DNA from: an uncultured Actinomycetota bacterium
GTDB lineage: Bacteria > Actinomycetota > Actinomycetes > Actinomycetales > CAVURS01
Direction: 5' to 3'
NCBI GenBank assembly: GCA_963834425.1
Contig: CAWIBR010000011.1
Span: 3,308-67,307, forward strand
DNA: 64,000 nt
The translations under genes and the position numbers were made by a program. This document shows, piece after piece, positions 39,472 through 49,751 of this stretch. Under the pieces are notes generated by a model. The model had not been told where the DNA came from and did not search any database. It worked only from the letters and a program-made list of their open reading frames with translations. Numbering within the stretch: the stretch's first letter is position 1; each line of letters starts with the position of its first letter.

Positions 39472-40209
39472 TCAGGAGGGCCGCACCTCCGCCCAAAGTT
39501 CCTCGTAGCACTGGTCGCCCGGTTGGTCGGGGCGAAGGCGGGAACCGGTGCCCGGCGCTCGGCCATCTGCTCGATGATCGAGAGCGCCGGGATCACGGTT
39601 TCGGCGACGCGAGTGCGGTCGCGGGGGATCGCCGCGATCACGTCGCGGTGCAGGCGCTTGCGCCGGTCGGCCATCGAGAAGAACGCGACGACCTCGGGTC
39701 GCGGCTTGCGCCGAGTCGGCCACGAAGCGGGTCAGCTGGTCGAACGTTCGCAGCGAAAGCGTCGCCGGGATCAGCGGCACGAGCAGGGTGTCAGCGGCGT
39801 GCAGGACGTTCTCGGACACCAAGGAGATGCTGGGTGGACAGTCGAGGAAGACGACGTCGTACTCGTCGGCGACGGTGTGCAGCAGCTGGCCGAGCCGCCG
39901 GGTCCGCTTCTTGGTGTCGTCGAGATCGAGGTCCATGTTGCGGTAGCTGAAGTCGGCGGGCAGCAGGTCGAGGTTGTCGAAGTCGGTTGCCTTCAAGGCC
40001 GCCTCGAGCGGACGCTTGCGGGTCACCAGGGCATGACCGCCGCCCTTGACCCGCGGTCGCACCCGGAACATGAACGTCGCAGCGGCCTGTGGGTCGAGGT
40101 CCCACAGCAAGGTCCGGCTGCCCTCGCGGGCGGAGAGGTAGGCAAGGTTGACGGCCGTGGACGTCTTCCCGACACCGCCCTTGATGTTGTACGTCGCAAA
40201 GACCTTCAT
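39472..40209 (-). CDS. ParA/Soj family ATPase (frameshifts near the 3' end)
   Basis: YNIKGGVGKTS deviant Walker A, WDLDPQ and FLDCPPS motifs. Confidence 0.88.
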   Translation of the reverse strand: MKVFATYNIKGGVGKTSTAVNLAYLSAREGSRTLLWDLDPQAAATFMFRVRPRVKGGGHALVTRKRPLEAALKATDFDNLDLLPADFSYRNMDLDLDDTKKRTRRLGQLLHTVADEYDVVFLDCPPSISLVSENVLHAADTLLVPLIPATLSLRTFDQLTRFVADSAQAATRGRRVLLDGRPAQAPAPRRDRGDPPRPHSRRRNRDPGALDHRADGRAPGTGSRLRPDQPGDQCYEELWAEVRPS

Positions 40210-41730
40210 CGTCCGCCACCGATCCGCTGCATCAACCGCTGAGTCGATGGATGCGCGAAGCGGGCGAACGCGCCGTCGAACTCCCGCCGGGCGCGATCCT
40301 GGTCGGCGTCGAGGTGACCGATCAGCTCGCCCATGGCCAGCAGGGCCGCCGCGGGAGCTCCCTCGGCCATCATCTCCCCGGCGAACCCGCGCAGGGCCTG
40401 ACGGTGCACCTCGGCGTCCTGGAATCGGCCGAGCACGTCTTGCAGGCCCTTGAGGTGAGCGACTGCATGCTTGCGCGGACCCTTCGCGACGACGGGAGCG
40501 AACACCTCGAGGGCGTAGCGCAGCTCCTTGCATCGCTTGCGCAGCCGGTGCAGGTCCTCGGCAGGCGAGGCGTCCGTGATGGCGCCGCCGCCACGCATCA
40601 CTCGCCGGTACGCCGAGGACAGGCTGCGGTCGGCCAACCGACCTGCGGACAGGTGCTTCCTGTCGACTCCCTCAGCGCGGCTCCGCCAGACGGCTCAGCT
40701 GCTCGTCCCACTCCTTGTCCAGCCGCGCGGAACCTGGCGGATCGCAGCTCCGCGACCAGGGCGCGGCGCTCGGACCGTCCGCCGGCGCCGCAGAAACATC
40801 GAGAAGGGCTCCAGGTCGGCCGGGTCCGCCGCCGTCAGCCAGCCCCCCATCGTGGGCAGGTCCAGCTCGTAGACGTCAAGGTCGCGGACCGGACGTCGTG
40901 AGGTCGCCGAGCCACTTGAAGTCCGCCTCCCAACGGCTTCGCATCACCTCCGGCAGGGCGGGCCGTCCCAGCTTGAGCGTCGATCGGGTCTGTCGCACCG
41001 CCACCCGGAAGTCGTGCAGAAACTCGGTGTCGACATCGTCGAGCAGACCAGGCAGGTTCGACCCGCATCGTCTCGGGGAACCCTCTCAGCGCCGTTGTCA
41101 GGAGCACCGATCGCGGGCACTGCACGGCTCGCCTTGCGCCGTCGACGGTCGGCGATCTGCTCCGGTCCTCAGCCGGGATCCACCGCCCGGAGGCCCAGAC
41201 CGGTCAGAGATCGCGCGGCCCGGCGGCCGTCGTCGTCATAGCCGCGGAGGGTGAGCACCGTGAGCGCGGCCGGGCCGGCCACCGAGGCGGCCGGCTCGTC
41301 CAGGTCGACCCGGGCCACGGTCTTCGCGTCGCTGTTGCGCAGGTCCAGCCGGACCATGCGCCGCTTCTCGTCCGAGACGACCATCAAGGCACGGATGCCG
41401 GCCACCGGAGCGACCGCGTCCGCGAACCGGACCGACGGCAGGACGTCCGGCGTGCGCCGGCCAGCGGAGGCCCTTCACGGGTGCCGCCGACGAGCGAAAC
41501 CGCGTCCGACCGGCCCAGGACAACTCGCTCACCCGAGGCCATGCGACTGATGCTCCAGGGTGAGACCGGCCGCTCGCAGCCGCCGGTCGAACGTGTCGAG
41601 GTGCACGCGACGGACGAGCTGTTCGAAGCAGTCGCGACGACGTAGTCGGGCGGAGAGAGCGGAGATGATCGTCGCGATGCTCTATCCGACCCTCGTCGCC
41701 AGCCCGCAGGGCCCGGATCGGGATGGTCAT
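40206..41730 (-). CDS. CHAD domain protein (heavily frameshifted)
   Basis: LDTFDRRL, EFLHDFRVA, LHRLRKRCKELRYALE and LKGLQDVLGRFQD fragments in several frames. Confidence 0.78.
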
Positions 41731-41768
41731 CGTGGCCGAACTATAAACCTGCGGGCGCGAGTAGCGGG

Positions 41769-42141
41769 TTAGGCGCGTGGCTCATAACGCATCGCGACCG
41801 CCCCGGACCCGAACTCCAGACGGCTCACGAGCTGCAGGTCGATCCGCTCGGACAGGCCGGCGAACAACGTCGGTCCTCAGGTCCCGCGGAGGAGCTCGGC
41901 GTTCCAGTCCGAATCGATCGTCCGGGCAAACGGTTCCATCCAGTCCAGGCCGGCTCCCGGACGCCGCCGATGGTCGCCACGCGGCCTCCATCATTTCGTA
42001 GGTCACCCGGCCGAAGAGGAGGGCGTCGGCCCGCTCGAGGTTCTCGACCGCATGACGATGCATGTCCTCGTCGGCGGCCATCGCCCGATCGTCGCAACAC
42101 CCGTCCAAGGTGACGTTGATGGAGTACCGAAGGGGACGCAT
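41769..42141 (-). pseudogene. Dihydrofolate reductase/RibD-C family pseudogene with internal deletions
   Basis: N-terminus (YSINVTLDG, LLFGRVTYEMM) and C-terminus (GPTLFAGL..RIDL.LVSR.EFGSG.VAMRY) are present; the central KYVVS and GLIDEY segments are missing. Confidence 0.72.
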
Positions 42142-42168
42142 AACCCGACCATACCCAGGTGGTCGGCG

Positions 42169-43962
42169 TCAGAGGTCGAGGACGATGTCGCTGTCGGGGC
42201 GACTGCAACAGACCAGGATGTCCTGCGCCGCAGGCATTTCCAACGGCTGCACGTCGTACTCGATCTGGCCCGACAACAACGGCGTGACGCAGGTGTGGCA
42301 GACGCCCGGTCCGGCAGGACCATCGGGTGGGGACGTCGCACGCCTCGGCCAGCTCGAGGATCGATCGGTACCGGTCCGACCACGGCACGGTCAGGTCGCT
42401 GCGCACGAACGAGATGCTCGGCCCGGTGCCCACGCTCGCCGGCGGGTGCGTGCGGCGGCGGATGCTCGGCGCCGACGATGCCCGGGGTTGATGGCTGACA
42501 ACGGCGCCGAAGACCTCGGTGTGCACGTGGTCGGCGGCCAGGCCGAGCTGCTGGCAGAGTGTCTTGCAGTCTGCTGCATGAACGCCGATCGGCCCGCAGA
42601 TGTACGCGGCGGCGTCGACCGGGAATCCGAGCGCGCGCAAGCGCATCGAGGGTCGGCCGACCCCGGCTGACGATCGGCGCTCGTCGGACGGCGGTGCGTC
42701 CGGCTGCGGTGTAAAAGATGTGCTCCTGGGCGTTCGGCAGCGACTGCGAGCAGTCGTGGGTCTCCTGGGCGAAGGGGTGCTCGGCTCGCGGTCGCGAGCG
42801 ACGTGGACCCACCAGACACCTCGCTGCGCTGCTCGGTCGGCGGCGAGCTCCTGAAGCATGGCCAGCACGGGCGTGACGCCGACGCCCGCCGAGATCAGGA
42901 GCACCGGGTCGCTCGCCGTCGGCGAGCACGAACTCCCCGCGCGGCGCTGCGGCTTCGAGGACGGCGCCCGGCTTCAGCTCGTGCCTGCAGATAGCGGCTG
43001 GCGACGCCCTGCGCCTCGGGCTTGACGCTGATCCGATAGCTGTCGGCGCCCGGGCGCGACGACAGCGAGTAGCTGCGCACCGGAGGCGGCTCGCCGGCCC
43101 CGGCCACCCGCAGCGTGAGGTACTGCCCGGCTCGGGCCGCCGGCAGCGGCGTGCCGTCCTCGGAGGCCAGGTAGATCGAGGTCACCGTCGAGGCTCTCGG
43201 CGCACGACGTCCGACGACCCGCAGCGGGCGGAACCCGGGCCAGGCCGGCTCGCACGCCGCGACCGGCCGGCCCCGCGGCGCCGCGGCCGGCGGCGCCGTC
43301 GAGCAGCTCGTGGAACGACTGCTGCCAGCCCGGGCTCAGCGCCGGGATGTCCACCGCGCGCCCGCAGCCGGCTCGATGTCGCGGTCCGGCAGGTAGAGCA
43401 GGGCGTCGATCTCGGCGACGCTGATGCGCGTGCCGGCCGATGCGGGTCCGCACGATCTCGTCACCGGCCTGCACGTGCCCCTCGCTGATCACCCGCAGGT
43501 AGAAGCCCGGGCCGGTGATGGGCGACGAGCAGGGCCGGCAGCTCGGGCACCCCGAGCCGCAGGCCGACCCGGAAGCAGGTCACGCGCGGCTGGGTGACCT
43601 CGAACTCGGCCTCGCCGATCCGGTAGCGGTCGCCGATGCAGACCTCGTCGTCGGGGAGTCCGTCGACGGTGAAGTTCTCCCCGAACTGCCGAACTCGAGA
43701 TCGTCGCGGCCGAGCTGCTGCTGCCAGTGCGCGTACGAGTCGATCTGGTAGACGGGACGGCCCGCTGCTCCCCGCCGTGGCCGGCCAGGTCGCCCTGGCC
43801 GTCGCCGTCGATGTTGAGCCGCCGCACCAGTCGTGGGCCGTCGACCGGGCGCTTCCAGATCCCGGTGTGCACTGTCCGCCCCTGCCAGGCCACATCCTTC
43901 GGCAGACCGACATTGACCGACAGCAGCCTGGCGGTCGTCGCGCTGGTCGCCGTGGCGGTCAG
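42169..43962 (-). CDS. MOSC + FAD/NAD-binding + 2Fe-2S oxidoreductase (many frameshifts)
   Basis: [53 protein letters not shown] and C-terminal IVLDL*. Confidence 0.85.
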
Positions 43963-45557
43963 CCGAAGTCCATCCCGTCGAGCGATGACTTGGGCTTCTG
44001 GTCCGGCAGGCGCAGCATCCGGAAGGAGTTGCCGAGTCCGATCAGGCCGGCCAGCAGGGGGATCACGAGGGCGACCTGCAGGGAGATGTTCCGGGCGTCG
44101 TTGTTGATCGACAAGACGGCGGCCTCCACCTCCGGAGGCTGGCCCTTGATCTGTTCCGCCAGCTGGGTGTTGCTCATGATCTCGGCGTCATGCTCGAGAT
44201 AGGCAGCGATCTGTTGTTGCTGGGCGGCCGGGATGGCGTCGCTGTTCTCGGTCTTGTGGGTGAAGCTGAACGACAGGGTCGCGAGCATGATGCCGCCCGC
44301 CACCGCGAGCCCGAACGACAGCCCGAACGAGCCGGCGGCCGAGTTGACGCCGGCGGCCTCGCTGACCCGCTCCTCCTCGACCGGCGCGAGCGTGTAGTTG
44401 TTGAGCTGCGACACCAGCAGACCGAGGCCGCAGCCCGTGATGGCGAGCGGGATCACGAGATACCAACCGCTGTCCACCCTCGGCACCAACGGGATGATGA
44501 TCGCGATGCCGAGGCTGGCCAGGGCGAAGCCGGCGCGGATGAGCGCGGCCGGACGGCGGTTGCCAGCCACCCGGCCGACCACCAACGCCGTCGCGAACAT
44601 GGTCAGCGACAGCGGGGCCAGGGACAGGCCGGCTTCCAGCGCGTTGTACTCGAGGGTCATCTGCAGGAAGAGCGGAAGCGCGATCATCGCCCCGCCGAGG
44701 GTGATCTGTTGCAGCAGCTGGCCCGAGACGCCCGCGGTGAAGTTCGGGTGCCGGAAGAGATCCGGGTCGAGCAGCGTCACCCGCCCCAGGCGCTTCTGCC
44801 GGACCAGCCAGCGGGCCAGCCCCACCAGGCCCACGACCCCGATGATGATGAGCAACGCGACGTACTCGCCGCCCTCCTGCCAGACCAGGACGCCGAGCAC
44901 CACCCCGCCCATCCCGAGCACCGAGAGGACGGCGCCGACCACGTCGACCTGGCGCGAGCCGGTGTAGGGGACGTCGCGCACCAGCCGGATCTGGCTCAGG
45001 ACGATGCCGATGATGACGACCTCGAGCCCGAAACCGACCCGCCAGGACAGGTACGTCGTGACGAATCCGCCGAGGAGCGGACCGACCGCGGCGGCAATGG
45101 CGGCTGCGGCCCCGACCAGGGCGTAGGCCTGCGCTTGGGCCTTGCCGGTGAAGTTGCCGTGGATCAGCGACTGCATGGCCGGCAGCAGGAGCGAGGCGCC
45201 CAGCCCGCCGATGATCGCCCAGAAGATGATGATCGCGGTCAGGCTCTGGGCCAAGGTCATCGCCAGCGCCCCGATGGCGTAGGCCAGCAAGCCCAGGACG
45301 TAGGCGAGCTTGCGCCCGATCAGGTCGCCGACCTTGCTGTTGATCAGGATGAACGCCGCGGAGACCAGGGCCTCCAAGGCGATCGCCGACTGCACGCCGC
45401 TGGCCGTCGTATCGAGGTCCTTGACGACCGCAGAGATCGACACGTTCATCAACGACGTGTCGACGACCAGGACGAACATGGCCATCGCCAGCAGCAGCAT
45501 CAGCCGGCGGCTCCCCGAGGCCTGGGGTTCGCCGTTCTCGTCCGAACTGGTACTCAT
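43959..45557 (-). CDS. MFS transporter (14-TM, DHA2-like)
   Basis: DTSLMNVS and GDLIGRK motif A; GPLLGG...LSWR; about 14 TM segments. Confidence 0.9.
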   Translation of the reverse strand: MSTSSDENGEPQASGSRRLMLLLAMAMFVLVVDTSLMNVSISAVVKDLDTTASGVQSAIALEALVSAAFILINSKVGDLIGRKLAYVLGLLAYAIGALAMTLAQSLTAIIIFWAIIGGLGASLLLPAMQSLIHGNFTGKAQAQAYALVGAAAAIAAAVGPLLGGFVTTYLSWRVGFGLEVVIIGIVLSQIRLVRDVPYTGSRQVDVVGAVLSVLGMGGVVLGVLVWQEGGEYVALLIIIGVVGLVGLARWLVRQKRLGRVTLLDPDLFRHPNFTAGVSGQLLQQITLGGAMIALPLFLQMTLEYNALEAGLSLAPLSLTMFATALVVGRVAGNRRPAALIRAGFALASLGIAIIIPLVPRVDSGWYLVIPLAITGCGLGLLVSQLNNYTLAPVEEERVSEAAGVNSAAGSFGLSFGLAVAGGIMLATLSFSFTHKTENSDAIPAAQQQQIAAYLEHDAEIMSNTQLAEQIKGQPPEVEAAVLSINNDARNISLQVALVIPLLAGLIGLGNSFRMLRLPDQKPKSSLDGMDFG

Positions 45558-46888
45558 TGCGTTGACCCTTCCACAAAGGATGCCCCCGTGGTCACACGGC
45601 GTCCCGCGCAAAGGGCAACGGCTTCGTCGAGCGTGGGGACCTCGGCCGGCGCGGCGCTGAGTAGTTTGCGCCCGGCTCGGTCGACGACCACGACGGGCAT
45701 CCGCTCGGCAATCTCCTGGACGACGGCATCGAGGAGCGCGAGCGCCGCCGGGTGGCACAGGTTCACTCGGTCGAGGTCGATCACGACGCCGCCCGGATCT
45801 GGGGTGCCGGGTTGGCGCAGGCGCACAGCGAGGAGAGCCTGCTCGACGGCCGCGAACTCGACATCGCCGGTCAGGGCAACGACCGCGATGTCGGCGTCGT
45901 CCTGGGTCTCGCTCGGCACGGAGCGGCGCTCGAGCGACGGGGCGCTGGGTCGGATCTCGTGCATCAGGTGCAGCGAAAACCGTTGGGAGATGGCGGCGCT
46001 CGCCGCGACCGCGCGCACGCTGTTGCCGCGGGCGTCGAGCCGCGGGCTGTGCAGGCCGATGCCGAACTGCGACGGGCTGACCGCGATCAGGCCGCCGGAG
46101 ACGCCGGACTTGGCGGGCAGGCCGACCCGGAGCAGCCATTCGCCGGAGAAGTCGTACATCCCGCACGTGGCCATCACGGTCAGCACCTGCTCGGTGACCG
46201 ACTCGCTCATCACCCGCTCACCGGTCCGGGGCTGGACCCCGCCGTGGGCCAGGGTCGCGCCCATGAGGGCCAGGTCCTCGGTGGTCACGAGCACCGAGCA
46301 CTGCCGGAAGTAGACGTCCACCGCCTCGTCGACGTCGATGGTGAGCGAGCCCGCGGAGCGCATCAGGTAGGCGAGTGCCCGGTTGCGGTCGCCGGTGTCG
46401 CGCTCGGACTCGTAAACCGACTGGTCGAGCTCGAGCTCCCGGCCGGCGCAGCGCGAGAGCAGGTCGCGGATGCGCTCGAAGCGCTCGCGGGCGTCGGCGC
46501 CGCCGACCAGCGAGGTGGTCACGATCGCGCCCGCATTGACCAGCGGGTTGTCCGGCCGCCCGGATCCGGGCTCGAGGCTGATCGCGTTGAACGCCTCACC
46601 GCTGGGCTCGACCCCGACCCGGGCCAGCACGCCCGCGGCCCCGACGTCGGCCAGGGCGAGCGCGAAGACGAACGGTTTGGAGACCGACTGGATGGTGAAC
46701 GGCGCGGTGGCCTCGCCGGCCTGGTAGACCGCTCCGCTCATGCCGGCCAGGGCCAGGCCGAAGGTGCTGGGGTCCGCGCGCGCGAGCTCCGGGATGTAGT
46801 CGGCGACCTGGCCCCCGTCATCGTCGATGAACTCGGCCCGGATCCGGTCGAGCATGACCCCGATCGGGTCGAACGGGCCTCTGGTCAT
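45554..46888 (-). CDS. glsA: Glutaminase A with C-terminal STAS-like domain
   Basis: VADYIPELA, FTIQSVSKPF (SxxK), VGVEPSG..FN, NP.VNAGAI, CGMYDFSG and PAKSGVSGG; C-terminal LTGDVEF...VVIDLDRV. Confidence 0.93.
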   Translation of the reverse strand: MTRGPFDPIGVMLDRIRAEFIDDDGGQVADYIPELARADPSTFGLALAGMSGAVYQAGEATAPFTIQSVSKPFVFALALADVGAAGVLARVGVEPSGEAFNAISLEPGSGRPDNPLVNAGAIVTTSLVGGADARERFERIRDLLSRCAGRELELDQSVYESERDTGDRNRALAYLMRSAGSLTIDVDEAVDVYFRQCSVLVTTEDLALMGATLAHGGVQPRTGERVMSESVTEQVLTVMATCGMYDFSGEWLLRVGLPAKSGVSGGLIAVSPSQFGIGLHSPRLDARGNSVRAVAASAAISQRFSLHLMHEIRPSAPSLERRSVPSETQDDADIAVVALTGDVEFAAVEQALLAVRLRQPGTPDPGGVVIDLDRVNLCHPAALALLDAVVQEIAERMPVVVVDRAGRKLLSAAPAEVPTLDEAVALCAGRRVTTGASFVEGSTQ

Positions 46889-46901
46889 GAGTCGCACCTG
46901 G

Positions 46902-47642
46902 TCATGAGTCGAGGTCGCCCGGTTTGAGGGCCGGCAGCTCGTCGATCGCCGCCAGCAGATGGCGCTCCCAGACGGCGTGCAGCCGGTCCAGGTACGGCGA
47001 GTCGGCGTTGATCCGCACCTCGATCGGCTGGAACGAGCCGTTGCGATAGATCAACGCGTCGTACGGCGGTCCGACCGAGACGTTGGCCGCAGCCGTGCTC
47101 ATCATCGAGGTCAAGGCGATCTTGGTCGCGGTCTCCAGGCTGACCCCGCTGGTCACCGCCAGCTCGAGGGTGAACTTGCCGTACTTGCTCTCGCCGATCT
47201 GCAGGAACGGCCGCTCGTCCGACGCCCGGATGTAGTTGCCCTCCGGGTAGACCAGCAAGATGTCCGGCTCGTCGCCGCGGATCTCACCGCCGAGCAGGAA
47301 GGTCGCCGTCCCGTCGGCGCCCACTGCGCCCAGCGCCTGGCGATGGTTGGCAGCCACCTGCTGGCTCAGCCGCCCGACGTAGAGCGCGGCCTCGAACAGG
47401 TGCTGGACGGTGGCCAGGCTTTCGGTGGCCCCCGGGTCGCCGAGGTCGTGGTTGATCCGGTCCAGCACCTCCTGGGTCGTGGCCAGGTTGCCGGCCGACT
47501 GCAGCACGAAGAGGCGATCCGGCGCCGGCTGGAAGAGGTGCAGCTTGCGATAGGTGCTGACGTTGTCGACGCCGGCGTTGGTCCGGGTGTCGGCGAGGAA
47601 GACCAGCCCGTCTTCGAGCCGCAGCGAGAGGCAGTAAGTCAC
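46902..47642 (-). CDS. Anbu proteasome-type (Ntn) protease
   Basis: (M)TYC N-terminal Thr, DTRTNAGVD, SAGNLATTQ, VYPEGN, QIGESKYGK and NVSVGPP.D motifs. Confidence 0.9.
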   Translation of the reverse strand: MTYCLSLRLEDGLVFLADTRTNAGVDNVSTYRKLHLFQPAPDRLFVLQSAGNLATTQEVLDRINHDLGDPGATESLATVQHLFEAALYVGRLSQQVAANHRQALGAVGADGTATFLLGGEIRGDEPDILLVYPEGNYIRASDERPFLQIGESKYGKFTLELAVTSGVSLETATKIALTSMMSTAAANVSVGPPYDALIYRNGSFQPIEVRINADSPYLDRLHAVWERHLLAAIDELPALKPGDLDS

Positions 47643-47769
47643 GCCGCAGTGTGGCAGCCGCCCCGGCCGGGGCGACAGAGGGGCATTGCGCGATCCGGGC
47701 ATTCGGGCATCTACTTCGGGCTGGTCGCCAACGGGCGACTGACCGCCCGCCCGAAACCCGGAGGCACTC

Positions 47770-48282
47770 ATGCGCAAGGCAGCCATCATCGGCACCGCAG
47801 CACTGGTCACGGTCGTCGTCAGCGGCGTCGCCGTGCAGCAAGCTCAGGCCAGCTCGGCCGGCTCCAAGCCCGCGGCGCAGCACCACTCCAGCTCAGGCCA
47901 GCAGCACGGTACGACGACCTTCACCGTGGTCGAGCACGCCGTCACCGACACGGTGGCCGACACCGGCCCGACCGGCGACAGCCTCGGCGACGTGCTGGCC
48001 TTCGGCAACCCGATCTTCACGGCCAACAACAAGACCCACATCGGCAGCGACAACGGATCGTGCATCCGCACGACGGTCGGCAAGGCCTGGGAGTGCTCCT
48101 GGACGCTGACCCTGGGCAAGAGCTCGCTCGTGGTCGAAGGCCCGTTCTACGACACCGCTGACTCGGACCTGGCGATCATCGGCGGCACCGGCGTCTGGGC
48201 CACCGCTCGCGGTCAGATGCACCTGCACGCGCGCAACGCTGCGGGCACGGCGTACGACTTCGTCTACCACGTGACCCGCTAG
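47770..48282 (+). CDS. Secreted allene-oxide-cyclase/dirigent-like barrel protein
   Basis: Signal peptide; GDSLGD.LAF.NP, G.DNGSC.R, EC.WT and LAIIGGTG.W..ARG motifs. Confidence 0.78.
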   Translation: MRKAAIIGTAALVTVVVSGVAVQQAQASSAGSKPAAQHHSSSGQQHGTTTFTVVEHAVTDTVADTGPTGDSLGDVLAFGNPIFTANNKTHIGSDNGSCIRTTVGKAWECSWTLTLGKSSLVVEGPFYDTADSDLAIIGGTGVWATARGQMHLHARNAAGTAYDFVYHVTR

Positions 48283-48465
48283 CTGTAGCCGGGCCCCCGA
48301 TAGGTCCGTCGGGCTCGGGGCGACACGTTCGGCTGAAGTTCGCTGAGATTACCGAACGCTGACGCCCCGGCCCGATCGCCCGAAACGGCGTAACCAACGA
48401 CGGCTCTCCGGCACTGAGCGGGTGTCGACCGGCTCCGGTCGACCACCGATGCAGAGGAGAGCACG

Positions 48466-49617
48466 ATGCGCAGTCCCATGCGGCTAGCGGCCGCTGGCAC
48501 GTTTCTCATCGCGGGAGCGAGCCTGTTCACTGCGGCCATCCCGGCCAGCGCTACGACCGGGTCCCGGGTCGTCGGCCACGACTACGTCAACGGCAACACG
48601 GCCGGTGTCAACACGATCGCGGCCTTCGACCGCCACGCCGACGGGTCTCTGACGCCCGTCCCCGGATCGCCGTTCGCCATCGGCGGGGCCGGCCTGGGTG
48701 CCGGTCTGGGTTCGCAAGGCTCGATCCAGGCCAGCCCCGACCACCGCTTCCTGCTCGCCGTCGATGCCGGAAGCAACCAGATCTCGGTCCTGCGGACGAC
48801 CGCCAGTGGGGTGCCGAAGCCGGTCGGTCGCCCGGTGTGGTCCGGTGGCGTCGAGCCCGTCAGCATCACCATCAACGGACACGGCCTGGTCTACGTCGCC
48901 AACGTCGGAGCCGGGGGCAGCAACTACGCGGGCTTCTACCTCACCGCGCAGGGCCGGCTGCTGCGGCTCCCGCATCACACGGTCGCCGTGCCCGAGGGTT
49001 CCGCGGTGGGTGACGTCTTCTTCAACTCCACCGGCGACCGTCTGGTCGGCACCCGGGACGCCACCTCGCTGATCGACAGCTTCACCGTCGGTTACGACGG
49101 GCGCCTCACGGCCGCACCGGGATCGCCGTACGCCGCGCAGAGCCTGGGGCCGATCGGCTCGCAGTTCCGGCCGACCAACCCCTCGCAGCTCTACATCTCC
49201 AACGCCCACGCGGGCGCGGGCCTGGGCACGGTCTCGGCCTTCCGGGTCAGCCATCGGGGCGTCCTGACCTCGATCGGCGCCTCGCCGGTCGCGGACGGTC
49301 AGACCGCGCCGTGCTGGGTCGAGATCAGCCATGACGGCAAGTGGCTCTTCGCCGTCAACACCGGCTCGGGCACCATCTCGACCTACGGCATCCGCGCCGG
49401 CGGGTCGCTGGTCCTGCACGGCACGACGACGTTCGTCAACGGCGCGGGTGCCGTCGACGCTCGCCTGTCGCCCGACGGCCGCACCCTGTCGGTCACCGGC
49501 AGCAGTGGGCACGTCGTCAGCACCTTCGCCGTCCGCGGTGGAGACCTGACCGAGCTGGCCAGCTCGCCGACCGCGTTGCCGGCCGGTGGCGCGCCGATGG
49601 GCCTGGTCGTCCTCTGA
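48466..49617 (+). CDS. Secreted lactonase-family 7-bladed beta-propeller
   Basis: Signal peptide; repeated PGSPF/Y, NQIS, APCW..IS.DGK and SPDGR blades. Confidence 0.8.
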   Translation: MRSPMRLAAAGTFLIAGASLFTAAIPASATTGSRVVGHDYVNGNTAGVNTIAAFDRHADGSLTPVPGSPFAIGGAGLGAGLGSQGSIQASPDHRFLLAVDAGSNQISVLRTTASGVPKPVGRPVWSGGVEPVSITINGHGLVYVANVGAGGSNYAGFYLTAQGRLLRLPHHTVAVPEGSAVGDVFFNSTGDRLVGTRDATSLIDSFTVGYDGRLTAAPGSPYAAQSLGPIGSQFRPTNPSQLYISNAHAGAGLGTVSAFRVSHRGVLTSIGASPVADGQTAPCWVEISHDGKWLFAVNTGSGTISTYGIRAGGSLVLHGTTTFVNGAGAVDARLSPDGRTLSVTGSSGHVVSTFAVRGGDLTELASSPTALPAGGAPMGLVVL

Positions 49618-49751
49618 CCGCGCCTGTCCGGCGTGTACGTCGCACTCCAGGCCGTCCCGCAGGGGCGGCCTGGAGGCGCGGCCGGGAGAGGTTCGCGTTC
49701 CGTAATGCTCGGACCGCTGGCCACCGACGAGGCGCTGGGTACGTTGCAGGA

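Noticed and set aside
39472-40209. Plasmid or chromosome partition locus
   Set aside because: No parB, parS or rep gene seen; the gene is coupled to a CHAD gene instead.
35196-44000. Programmed frameshifting or mass pseudogenisation
   Set aside because: Indels are scattered through unrelated genes with otherwise intact motifs and show no consistent slippery sites; sequencing error is more likely, though unproven without reads.
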